NCBI GenBank assembly: GCA_016748015.1
Contig: JAAOMT010000515.1
Span: 124,001-188,000 of the forward strand
DNA: 64,000 nt
Source of the DNA: Geosiphon pyriformis uo1
Taxonomy: Eukaryota; Fungi; Glomeromycota
Reading direction: 5' to 3'
The translations under genes were made by a program, and so were the position numbers. This document shows, piece after piece, positions 13,362 through 24,238 of the stretch; the first letter of the stretch is position 1; every line of letters starts with the position of its first letter. Below the pieces are notes generated by a model. The model saw nothing but the letters and a program-made list of their open reading frames with translations. It was not told the origin of the DNA and did no database searches.

Positions 13362-13703
13362 ATGGCAGAGTATTGGACGAAAGTTGAAAAACCATCACTA
13401 CTCACGTACCTCACGTACCTGAAATACCATCAAGTCTCAACTAAAACACTACTGAAGAAAAAATCGTACGAACAATATGTTGCGGAGATAAAAACAATAT
13501 TGGAGTTTGAAAAAAACCAACGTCGTCTGAAAATAGCAACAAGAGCGCTAAAAAAATTTATGGAAAGTCTGGTTTTTAGAAGGCGGCATTTCTCGTCCGA
13601 CCACTTAAGAGCTATGGCAAATGTTACGTCTGCTTGTAATGGTGCACCATCAGCTAGTATGCTGGTCTACACTGACATACGAAAGTCCTCGTTTGACTCC
13701 TGA
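13362..13703 (+). pseudogene. Truncated N-terminus of a hypothetical protein (MAEYWTKVEKPSLLTYL...) fused onto a tandem repeat
   Basis: ATG at 13362 opens a protein-like frame to ~13598, where the sequence switches into the 176-bp repeat unit; the stop is supplied by the repeat. Confidence 0.45.
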
Positions 13704-14866
13704 TGGGCATACTGAACGTCCGTATGGATATTTGTCGTCCTATTTGCCACAGACCACTATCACGTGTTGGATCTGACCACTTAGGAGCCACGGCAAATGT
13801 TGTGTCTGCTTGTAATGATGCACCATCAGCTAGTATGTTGGTTTACACTGACATATGAAAGTCCTCGTTTGCCTGCTGATGGGCATACTGAACGTCCGTA
13901 TGGATATTTGTCGTCCTATTTGCCACAGACCACTATCACGTGTTGGATCTGANNNNNNNNNNNNNNNNNNNNCGTCCGTATGGATATTTGTCGTCCTATT
14001 TGCCACAGACCACTATCACGTGTTGGATCTGACCACTTAGGAGCCACTGCAAATGTTGTGTCTGCTTGTAATGATGCACCATCAGCTAGTATGCTGGTTT
14101 ACACTGACATATGAAAGTCCTCGTTTGCCTGCTGATGGGCATACTGAACGTCCGTATGGATATTTGTCGTCCTATTTGCCACAGACCACTATCACGTGTT
14201 GGATCTGACCACTTAGGAGCCACTGCAAATGTTGTGTCTGCTTGTAATGATGCACCATCAGCTAGTATGTTGGTTTACACTGACATATGAAAGTCCTCGT
14301 TTGCCTGCTGATGGGCATACTGAACNNNNNNNNNNNNNNNNNNNNAATATGTTGCGGAGATAAAAACAATATTGGAGTTTGAAAAAAACCAACGTCGTCT
14401 GAAAATAGCAACAAGAGCGCTAAAAAAATTTATGGAAAGTCTGGTTTTTAGAAGGCGGCATTTCTCGTCCGACCACTTAAGAGCTATGGCAAATGTTACG
14501 TCTGCTTGTAATGGTGCACCATCAGCTAGTATGCTGGTCTACACTGACATACGAAAGTCCTCGTTTGCCTGCTGATGGGCATACTGAACGTCCGTATGGA
14601 TATTTGTCGTCCTATTTGCCACAGACCACTATCACGTGTTGGATCTGACCACTTAGGAGCCACTGCAAATGTTGTGTCTGCTTGTAATGATGCACCATCA
14701 GCTAGTATGCTGGTTTACACTGACATATGAAAGTCCTCGTTTGACTTCTGATGGACATACTGAACGTCCGTATGGATATTTGTCGTCCTATTTGCCACAG
14801 ACCACTATCACGTGTTGGATCTGACCACTTAGGAGCTATTGCAAATGTTGCGTCTGCTTGTAATGG
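13599..14866. repeat. 176-bp tandem repeat array (at least 5 full plus partial units) with two N gaps
   Basis: Unit starts GACCACTTA at 13599, 13775, 14031, 14207, 14471, 14647, 14823 (spacing 176); gaps at 13953-13972 and 14326-14345. Confidence 0.95.
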
Positions 14867-15199
14867 TTGGTTGTTTGGAGGGATGTTGATTTTCGAAAGC
14901 TTTTTGTAGTGTGCTTTGCATCTTAAGGTGAGGTGAAGCGTATTAAGAAAAGTGCTTTCAATTTCATAAATAATTTAGCTTGCAATTCCTTTACAGTGTG
15001 GTCTCATTAGGACGGCCTGTAAGCTCCCTGTTCTCACTTATCTTATGACAGTTTGCATTACAACTTCCTGTGCTTCATGAAAACATTCATTCTGTTGAAA
15101 TATCCCAAGGAAAAATTTTGTACCTTCAAGGCTCCTGAAGAAACACAAAGGCATGGAAAGAAAAGAAAGGTAGTTTCTTTGGAATTTGTTACAGCTCAC
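14700..15199 (-). pseudogene. Decayed exon running into the 176-bp repeat
   Basis: After a ttttag acceptor at 15200 the frame reads VSCNKFQRNYLSFLSMPLCFFRSLEGTKFFLGIFQQNECFHEAQEVVMQTVIR*VRTGSLQAVLMRPHCKGIAS*IIYEIESTFLNTLHLTLRCKAHYKKLSKINIPPNNQPLQADATFAIAPKWSDP..., about 165 codons with two internal TAA stops. Confidence 0.5.
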
Positions 15200-15289
15200 C
15201 TAAAAGATACACAAGTTGGAAAGTGAACCAAATTTTCTATTGGCGCAGCATACTGTTATCACAAATCCTAGCAATGTTAAGTATATAAG

Positions 15290-16440
15290 AAGTTCTTTAA
15301 AAAATGCATTTTATTAAAATAATTTATTTAAATAAAATATAATTTTTTAAAATTTTAAATATTTATTTTCAGTTTACGAATAATAACAAATAAATTAATT
15401 TCTGGTTAGATTAATCAAATTTAAAATAAAAAATTCAGAAATTAACAAAAATAAACACTTGATTAAAAAATAAGGTTAAAATTATAAATATTTTTAATAT
15501 TAAAACATATTTCAAATTGTAATCATTATTAAAGTAATATATAAATATATATATATAAAATTTGAAATTAAAACAATATTTTTAAGTTAATTAATTTATT
15601 AAGTTAATTTAAAATTTGTTAAAATTTAATAAATTAATTTTTCAAACTAAATTTTATTATAAATAAATAAATATAATCTAATTTTAATGTAAATATTTTT
15701 TAATTATTTAATTTTTACAAGATTAAAATTTTTTAAAAATGGTTAACTATATTATAATTAACAACATTAATTAAAAAAAATGTTAAGAGTATAATATTCG
15801 AATAACAATTTAAAATTTGATTTAATAAATAAAAAAAACTGTTAAATTGAAATGAGTTTTAGAATTATTGCTTTTGCCTTTTTTTTATCTATTCTTTAAA
15901 TTCTTTTTGCTCGTACACAAAAAAAATGATTACTACTGATTTTTGATGTTTTCGCTTTTAATTAATAACTTAAATTTTTGTACTCAAAAGTAGAAAACGA
16001 AGGAATGATGAAAGAAAAATGGGGGCAAAACAAATCTGTGGCGTTCAGCAGTTTTGAGACCCTGAAATCTTTCTGTGGCGTTATGTTAACTTTGTCTGGT
16101 TTTGTTGCAACATGTCCCATATAAATCTTAAAATTTATACAATCACAATAACACTGGTTTGTTAGTTTAGAGTAAATTATTGAAACTGGAAAATATCTTA
16201 ATCCAAATTTAGACAAACTTTTCAAAATAATGTTTTGACCTATTATAAATTTTATATTAAAAATATGCAATATTCCCAATAAGATTTAACCAGCTTTTTA
16301 ACGCTAATAATAATATTATAATTACATTCAATATAAGCTTTATTAAATATTTTAACATTATAAAACTAAGAATACGTTAAAACCAAACTTAGTAATAGTT
16401 ATAATAACAATAACAGGTTTTAATCAAAAAAAATACCAAT
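15290..16440. repeat. Hyper-AT block 2, probable hypermutated repeat/TE relic
   Basis: Very low GC, CpG and CC/GG depleted; less-mutated island at ~16000-16130. Confidence 0.55.
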
Positions 16441-16450
16441 TAAAGAGTTC

Positions 16451-17974
16451 TTATTCGATAACATGAAATAATTCTAACTCATCAAGCTGAAACATAAATA
16501 GAGTGGCACCAGTATCAAAGATTTGAGTCTCGAAGTTGTTCCACTGATACCAGCATGATTCTTTCATGTTACAATTATCGCCAAAAAACAAATCCTCGGA
16601 GAAATATAGCCCATCGTGATAAGGACGTACTATTTGATATTCACTTGTACTATAAGCAACTTCTGCCAGGGCAGGATTCTTCCCATTACCGAAATTAAAA
16701 ATAAAAGAATCAGGTGCACTAGAAAGAGATTCATAATCATAATCATAGCCTAAGACTTGGTTTTCGCCCCAACATGTGGGATTATAACCTCCCACAATAT
16801 TCCCAGATGCAGTCATCTTGGCAACTGCTAATATTTTTACCTGATTAGCAAATAGATCTTGAAAACTGGTGATAACAAAGCCATCACGACTGCCTCGATA
16901 GATAAGTTTGAAGGTGTAAGGAGATTTATAATTCGTTGTAGCAAAATTTTTGTCAATCCATGAAGAAATGATATTGATATGTTCTGAATTTATGATACGA
17001 GATTCGGCAAAACGATTTCGATGTGGAAGAACATGAGTCGGTGGTTGAGGTGTAGTCTTAAGATGGTGTGCCCAAATTTCCTTTCTAAAGTTTTTTGGTA
17101 AAATTTTTTTATATGGAATCACGTATTCAAAATAGTCATCTCCAGAGATGTCATAATATCTGATTAACGGGATACATTTGTGAATAGTCTTCTCAAGGGC
17201 AGCAAAATCTTCTGGACCCCAGCTCACTAACTTTTTTTCGACAAGTCTTGGTGTGTTTCCAATGCCCCATTTGATTAAAGATTGCCACACATCAATTTCC
17301 TCCATTCTAAGACCATCTCTTTGAAGTAAGGAGGCAAGGATCGATTCTTCCAAAAAAAGGAAATCATTTGATTTAAAAATAAAATGTGGGTTATCGTCAA
17401 CCATTTTGAAATAATAATCCTTCAATTTTTCAAAAGGTTCATGACAAGAAATAGTTTGCATGGTTTTGACGATATTTTCTTGCAGCCATTTAGATTCATT
17501 ATTAATGAGATGCTCTTGGGCATGATTGATTAACTCAAAAAGTTCGAGCTCATCAGCGACTATCAGTAGTTGCAAGACATCTTCCCCTTTTTCTTGATTC
17601 AAATTGACCACCCCAGTATACATATATCTAAAAAATAGTTAATATAAACAATAAATTCAAGACATTTATATTTTTCACTTTTATATAATACATATTATCA
17701 ATAAGACAACAAACTCACCCTACCTGAGAATAATCTCGAAAATTTTTGATGCAATATTAGGCTTCTTGAAAATCACTATATTACTCCTTTTTTTAGCCCA
17801 TTCGTTTGGTAATGCTCGTCGAAAATAAGGAGAGCGAGCACGAAGAAGAACAGAGTGTGCTTGAAACTTTTTAAGCTCGGCTTTTTCGCCAACTTCAATA
17901 ATTATATTGTATTCATCAGATTGCTGCAATAGCTCGCTCAGGTCATGGATAAGAGTTACGGTAAATTCGGGCAT
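16451..17974 (-). CDS. BTB/POZ-BACK-TLDc domain protein
   Basis: Exons 17974-17724 and 17627-16451 join as IILR|YMYTG. BTB (FQAHSVLLRARSPYFRRAL), BACK (EEIDVWQSLIKWG) and TLDc (FKLIYRGSRDGF, IVGGYNP, DSFIFNF) motifs. Confidence 0.93.
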
Positions 17975-18440
17975 CGAGAATTGATAACTAATGTAGAAGA
18001 GTGAAATTTCTAGTTATATAAGGAAGTTATAGGTATCGATGATGGGCAATTTTAAAAGCTTGATCAATCAATCAATCATTTTTTATCTAAGGGAGATTCG
18101 CGCGCCTTGTATAGATCATATAGCCTCAGCAAAAAAAAACAGGTTTTTTAATTTATCCAAGCACTGAATTTAAAAAATCAACCTTATTGAAATAAATACC
18201 TTTTAAATTATGGGCAAAGAATTATTCATACTTACTTTGAAAAAGTTATTTATCAACCGATTTAACAGCTTGTTTTTTAATTATCATAAGATTTTAACTA
18301 AAACAACTTGCATAAAATTTAATAAATTGATGTTTTTGATATTGTTAATAAATAATATTCAGGAAGAGTTTTCAGTAGAAATAAGATCAAGAGATTTTTT
18401 TAAAAAGAAACAAAGAATACGAAGAGAAGAATGATTTATT

Positions 18441-18441
<1 letters not shown>

Positions 18442-18491
<50 letters not shown>

Positions 18492-18512
18492 TATATATAT
18501 ATATATATATAT
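18442..18512 (+). repeat. (AAT)n/(AT)n microsatellite
   Basis: Direct runs. Confidence 0.9.
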
Positions 18513-19306
18513 AATACATGGAGAATTTCTAATAGCAAGCATGTGTCATAATGTAATTTATTGGTTCATTGAAAACTTTGATTTTGGACCTCACCCTATG
18601 AATACTGTTCTCTGAAAATAAAAATAATTAAGGGACAAAGTACTTTTTATAAAATTGAATAAAATGCATTCAATAAATCCAACTTAGGGTGATTAAAATT
18701 GGTCAACCAGTTTCTGTCAAAAAAGTAACAGATAATCGAAACAATTTGTATAATCATTATCATTTCGGTGAGGGGCTAGACTTATAAAAAGATTTCTTTT
18801 CATTATTTTCGATCTTAGGCTCCCAAAGGGAAAGTAATATATCTATCAAAAAAATAAAGATCTTTTAAAGTACATCTTAACTATAAAATATATTTATCAT
18901 AAAAATTGTGTGTCGTTGGAATCAACAATAACCCCCCATAAACACTAATGATTATTAGCCAAGCTCGATCATCAAATCCCATGTGATCCTTTAAAAAGAG
19001 ATATTTTGTCCAAATTCACATTTTTTACCAATTTAAAAGTCAAATGTAGAAATCCCATTTTGTAAATAATCAGATTTTCAAATTTGAATTAAAATGTCTA
19101 TTTTTAATTATTATCTAAATATTTCAATGTTAATCAACTGTTTAATAATGATAAACTCAAATTCTCTAGTTCCTTAACAGATTATTTCATTCTCAATTGT
19201 TGTAGAATAATGGTACCCTGATATTTTAAAATTTATTTTAAAATTTTGAATATTTATGTTTTAATATTAAAATATTAATTCTGAATAAATTATTTTACTA
19301 AAGATA

Positions 19307-20738
19307 TCAAGACGATAGTTGAAGAACTTGACTCGTACAAGAGTTCATCAGGTATCCAAAATATGGGCCATCATGTGAACTTATACCATTCTGCAAATTG
19401 TCTTGGGAAAATTGATTGCTGCAATACTATCGAGAAACAAAAATTAAAATATCATTAAGAATATTGCCTATTTTTTATTTGAGTATAAACAATAAATTTC
19501 TTTTTAAAATTACCTGTGAATCTTGATATTCTTCTGATTGGGTTCCTTGAAAACACCAAAACACTCTGTCCTCACTTCCACAGTCACAATTTCCAGGTTC
19601 AATCCAGATTTGTTCAGGATCATGTTCCCCTGTTGGGAGATTAGAGATTCGAGGAACGTAATCGTTATAATAAATTACCCGAAAGTAAAATACCCCTGGT
19701 TGTGATCTTAATGCCCTTACAAATTCTTTATCTCCGATTATTGGTAAACCAAATGAAATAACTTCAATTATCAAGTTCTTCATCCAAGCCTTAAAATAAA
19801 TTGATGCTATTACGCTATAAACTGTTAAAAATAAAATTGGTTAAGAAAAAAATTTTTCATAATCTTTTTAAAAGTTTTTATTATGATTGAAATGTTTGCC
19901 AAAAATAATCACCTCCTCCCAAATCATGCCCTACTATTTTCATTAATTTTATTGAATTGATATTTTCCCCAGCTGCTTTAATTACTTTTTGACGAATGGC
20001 AAGGAATGCATGATTAAATTCTAGAAAGAACTCTTGGTCCACACGAGAATTTCTAAAGGCGTGGAATTTTTCAGGATAATCCGGTTTAGACCCGAGAACT
20101 GTTCGAAAAGGATACAAAAATGGTTTTCTAGTTATCCAACTATAATAATCCATGAACTTTCCTTTAATGTACAAAATTATGTATTTCGTTCTTTGATCGT
20201 CAGAAATTTGCAATTTTGCATCGGCTATAAATCAGGAATGTAAAAATTCTTGAATAATTTTTAACACAAATCTTTAACATACTTGATATTTTCTTGAATC
20301 TTTACCATATATATTTCCTCGACGTGAAGCAATGCTCTCCAACGATAAACAGTAGGCCAAGCTAGCATACTTTGCAGCGATTTCTAAATCTTGCAATAAC
20401 ATTTTAGATCGAGGCATTTCAAGTTGTTCTATTTGATTTGGCATACTCCTAGTTATCAGTTTTACCCTATTATTTTCCTCAATCCATACTGAAAAAAACT
20501 CTTATTTAGCTATCCATTCAAAGGCTCTTGGTATCATGATCTTAAGAAAAACTGTTCTTTTCAATTTACCAGTTTCATTTTTGTATGTATTGTTTAATAA
20601 TTTATTTTCTGATTCACTACTCAAAAGAGTAATCTTATGCTTTGAAATCTTGAAAATCAAAATTACGAACGAGAGCAAGGTAAGAAAAAATATTTTTCTT
20701 GGTTCCCATTGAATGGTTTGAGAGCTGGTTTTTAGCAT
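19307..20738 (-). CDS. Class-3 (Rhizomucor-type) lipase-like alpha/beta hydrolase with GHDLGG elbow, N-terminal signal/anchor
   Basis: Five exons 20738-20570, 20488-20306, 20224-19913, 19821-19514, 19426-19307 (1092 nt, 363 aa, all GT-AG, phases consistent). Motifs AKYASLAYC, YIILYIKG, IVGHDLGG, SFGLPIIGDKEF, RVIYYNDYVPR, EHDPEQIWI, YCSN, SHDGPYFG. Confidence 0.87.
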
Positions 20739-21878
20739 GATATAATTTTTTAAGATTATATAGTTTAGAGAAGATGTTTGGCTTCATTTATCATTAGATT
20801 CAAAACTTGAAACCGTCTGTCTACATCATATGTAAATTTAAAGGTTGACGAAATATCTCGTCCCCTCTTATCCTGTGACAAACAACTTTCCCTAACGTTC
20901 CGTGATAACTTGATCGTCTTTTCATAACAAATGGACCAAGATTAAGCAGGAAATTTACAAAAATTTTAAAATATCTTAAGATAGATTTACAAAGCAAAAA
21001 ACTAATGTTTGACAATTGATAAAAAAAATGATTTACGTCAACACTACAATGTAAGTTGCCTCAATTTAGGTTGCTTGCTGACTAAATTTTATCCAAAAAA
21101 AACTTCATCTTTAAAAGGTAAATAATTCATAAAAAAAAAAAAAGGGTCAATTGTTTTTTTATTTAAAAGGAAAATTTTTTTTTGGCGATCAAACACTTTA
21201 TAAAATTTTCGTATAACACATATTCTGGTAGATAATTTAGAATTAGAAGGATTTATCGAAAATAAACGTTAAAATTATGTTGAAACTCTTTATCTCGATT
21301 TATTTTCTAGATATCATAAGAAACTTGTGTCTATTCGGATTAAATTCATCTTTTCTGTGATTTTCTTTGCCTCCGAAAGTTGTTTCAAATCATCAATCCA
21401 ACGTTACCTATTGCCGTTTTTTTTTGGATACTTCTTTTTTTCATTCACAATGGTTGTTTCTTTATTTGGAAGATAAAACCATTATTTCAGCACATGTTTT
21501 CACAAGAGAACCAATTAGAACACACAGTAAGATCAACAGCAGTTATTGACTTTTTTATGAACAATGGCAAATTTTCAAAAAAAATAAAAACACGACCACA
21601 TTTTAATCCATTTAAATCATACAATTTTCTCCCTGAATAATTCTTAAATTTTATATTATATTAAAATAAAACCATTTTCATTCCCCCCGTTTTCACTAAA
21701 AGAAAGGAAAGATCCGGCAACTATTAATTTAGATAAAATTATTATTTATTAGTTTGTAAATTTTTTTTTCTGACCTAGTTTTATTATTTAAAAAGTGTCA
21801 GATTTAGTTTTCGTTTTCAATAATTGTTTTTGGTATTATCTCAAAGGTCCTAGATAGCTACAAGTTCTTATTCCTTTT

Positions 21879-24238
21879 TTAGAATGCATAGGAAAGTCTC
21901 GTCGGTTGTCGTTTTATCATACGGCTAACCTTATTTCGCTCGAGTGAAGCAAATTGATTATCTCGGTCCAGAAGCAAAGCTTTATCCAAATCTAGCAACG
22001 CTTCATTATATCTTCCCAATGCACGATATAGAGCTCCACGTTGACTTAAAGCGAAAACATTATCATGATCACGACTTAAAGCTCGATTTAAATCATTCAT
22101 GGCTTTATCCAATCTACCCATAATTCGAGAGACAGCACCCCGATTGACCAAGGCCAATGTTTGATACTTTTGACCCAATAAATCCTGTGGTGTGTATTGT
22201 AAAGCACGATCGAGGTCTGCCAAGGAACTGTTGTACCGTTTCATCGATCGATAAACGGAACCGCGCATTACCAACGGAAACCATTGATCTGGCGCTAGTT
22301 TTAAAGCTTTATCTAGATCTTTTATTGCTTCATTGTGACGTTCAAGTTCGTGATAAACTTGAGCTCGAAACAAAAATGTCAATGCGTTATCTGGCTCTAT
22401 CTCAAAACATCTGTTAAAATCAACGAGAGCCTCATGATACCGTCCCATTGCTGAAAATGTTTCACCACGACTTCGTAAAGCCGTCTGATTTTTTGGTGAT
22501 AATAAGATTGCTTTATCCAGATCCTGTAAAGCCTCGTTATAAAGTTTTTGTTGGTAATAAACATCACCTCGTAACGCAAGTGCCACAGTATAGTCAGGCC
22601 TCTTTTCAAGAGCACAATCAAGGTCAGCTAATGCTTCCTCGAATTGATCCAATTTTCGGAATACTGTTGCACGAGTGATTAACGCCGAGGTTGGATCAGC
22701 TGGTTGTAAGCTGATAGCTTTATTCAAGTCATTCAAGGATTGTTGATATTGTCCAAGTTTACGATAAACGTCCCCTCGAGTAGTTAATGAATAAGAATCT
22801 TCTGGTTCAAATTCTAACGAATTATTTAGATCATAGAGAGCCTTGTCAAAATTTTCGAGTTGTGCATAAATGAAACCTCGACTTTTAAATGCAAGAAAGT
22901 TTTTTGGTTCTAATGATATAGCTTTCGTCAAGTCGTCGACAGCTTTCTCGTAATCTCGCATTAGACGATAAATGTCTGCTCGGTATATTAAAGTTTTGAC
23001 ATCATTTGGATTCTTTTGTAAGACTTTATTAAAATCGTTTAATGCTTCGTCAAATCTATTAAGTTCTCTATACGCATTTCCGCGTCCTTGAAGAGCTAAA
23101 ATCTTTTCGTTTTGATTAAGTGGTCCATAAAGCAAGGCTCTAGTAAAATCATGGATAGCTGCAAGATGTTGTTTTGCTAAAAACTTGATTTCTCCACGTT
23201 GTTTGAGCGTTGCTGCGTTTTTTGGCTGTATTTTGAGAATTTTATCCAAACTTTCAATTGCATCTTTATAATTTTCTAGTTCTTTTGCAATATTTGCGTG
23301 CGTACTTAACGCCTCAAAGTTGTTGGGCTCCATATGCAAGGCGTTACTCAAATCGACCAATGCTTCATCCAATCTTCCTTGAAGATAATGAACTTCTCCC
23401 CTAAGACACCATGCACGTGATTTATTTGGTTTTTGAAGAAATGCAACATCCAAGTCTTGTAATGCACGATTGTAATAGCCAAGTTTAATGAAAGCTGTTG
23501 CCCTATCACACTGAGCATTATAACTATCAGGATAATGTTCTAATACCATTGTAAAGCACATGACAGCTTGTTCGTATTGTTTCTCTTTCATTGCTTGGAC
23601 ACCACTTCTTTGAGAGGGATGCCACTTTTTTGGACCACGGATGATCATAGGAGCTGAGTATTGACGTTTTGATACGGTGCGTGTTGAAAGCATTGATTTA
23701 AAATTTCCCTTTAATTGACCAGCATGATGATTTTCTTCTTCGCTGCTTTCTTCAGCTCTGTAACCACCACGGTTTCCGAATTTTTTGTTAGTAGTAAAAA
23801 AGTTGTCAGCTGAAACGAATAACCTGTCCTCTTGTCTTTTTGAAAAAGATCTCGTATTGCCTCTAATGGTGAAGTCTTCGTTGCTTTTATAGATATTTTT
23901 ATCTTTTGCGTTATTTAATACGAAAGCACTGTGCCTTTTAAGAAAATTACGTTGTCTCAGATTATTATTAGAACTGTTTTCATTATTTATTCCTCCGTCA
24001 CTATTTAGTGAGGTGCGAGAAGAGAATTGTGCAATAGTCTGAGGCCTTTTTCCCCGATTTCCATAATTCTATGAAAAAGAGTAAAATTAGTGAACTTATT
24101 TCAATTGGAAGCCAGCTGTTTGAAAAAGATGGGGATATTCACCTCTCCCATATGAATTCCAAAGTCTTCATTTCCCTTCGAAAAAGTTTTGTTCATGGCA
24201 GGATAAGTATGATTATAATTTGGAGCATGACTTAACAT
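21879..24238 (-). CDS. TPR-repeat protein (~16 TPRs) with disordered N-terminus
   Basis: Exons 24238-24143 and 24068-21879 in frame (761 aa); tandem 34-aa TPRs (RG..Y..L..Y.EAL.DL.KA..L.P). Confidence 0.92.

Noticed and set aside
13599-14866. CRISPR-like array
   Set aside because: Units are 176-bp near-identical tandem copies with no unique spacers, there are no cas genes, and the context is eukaryotic.
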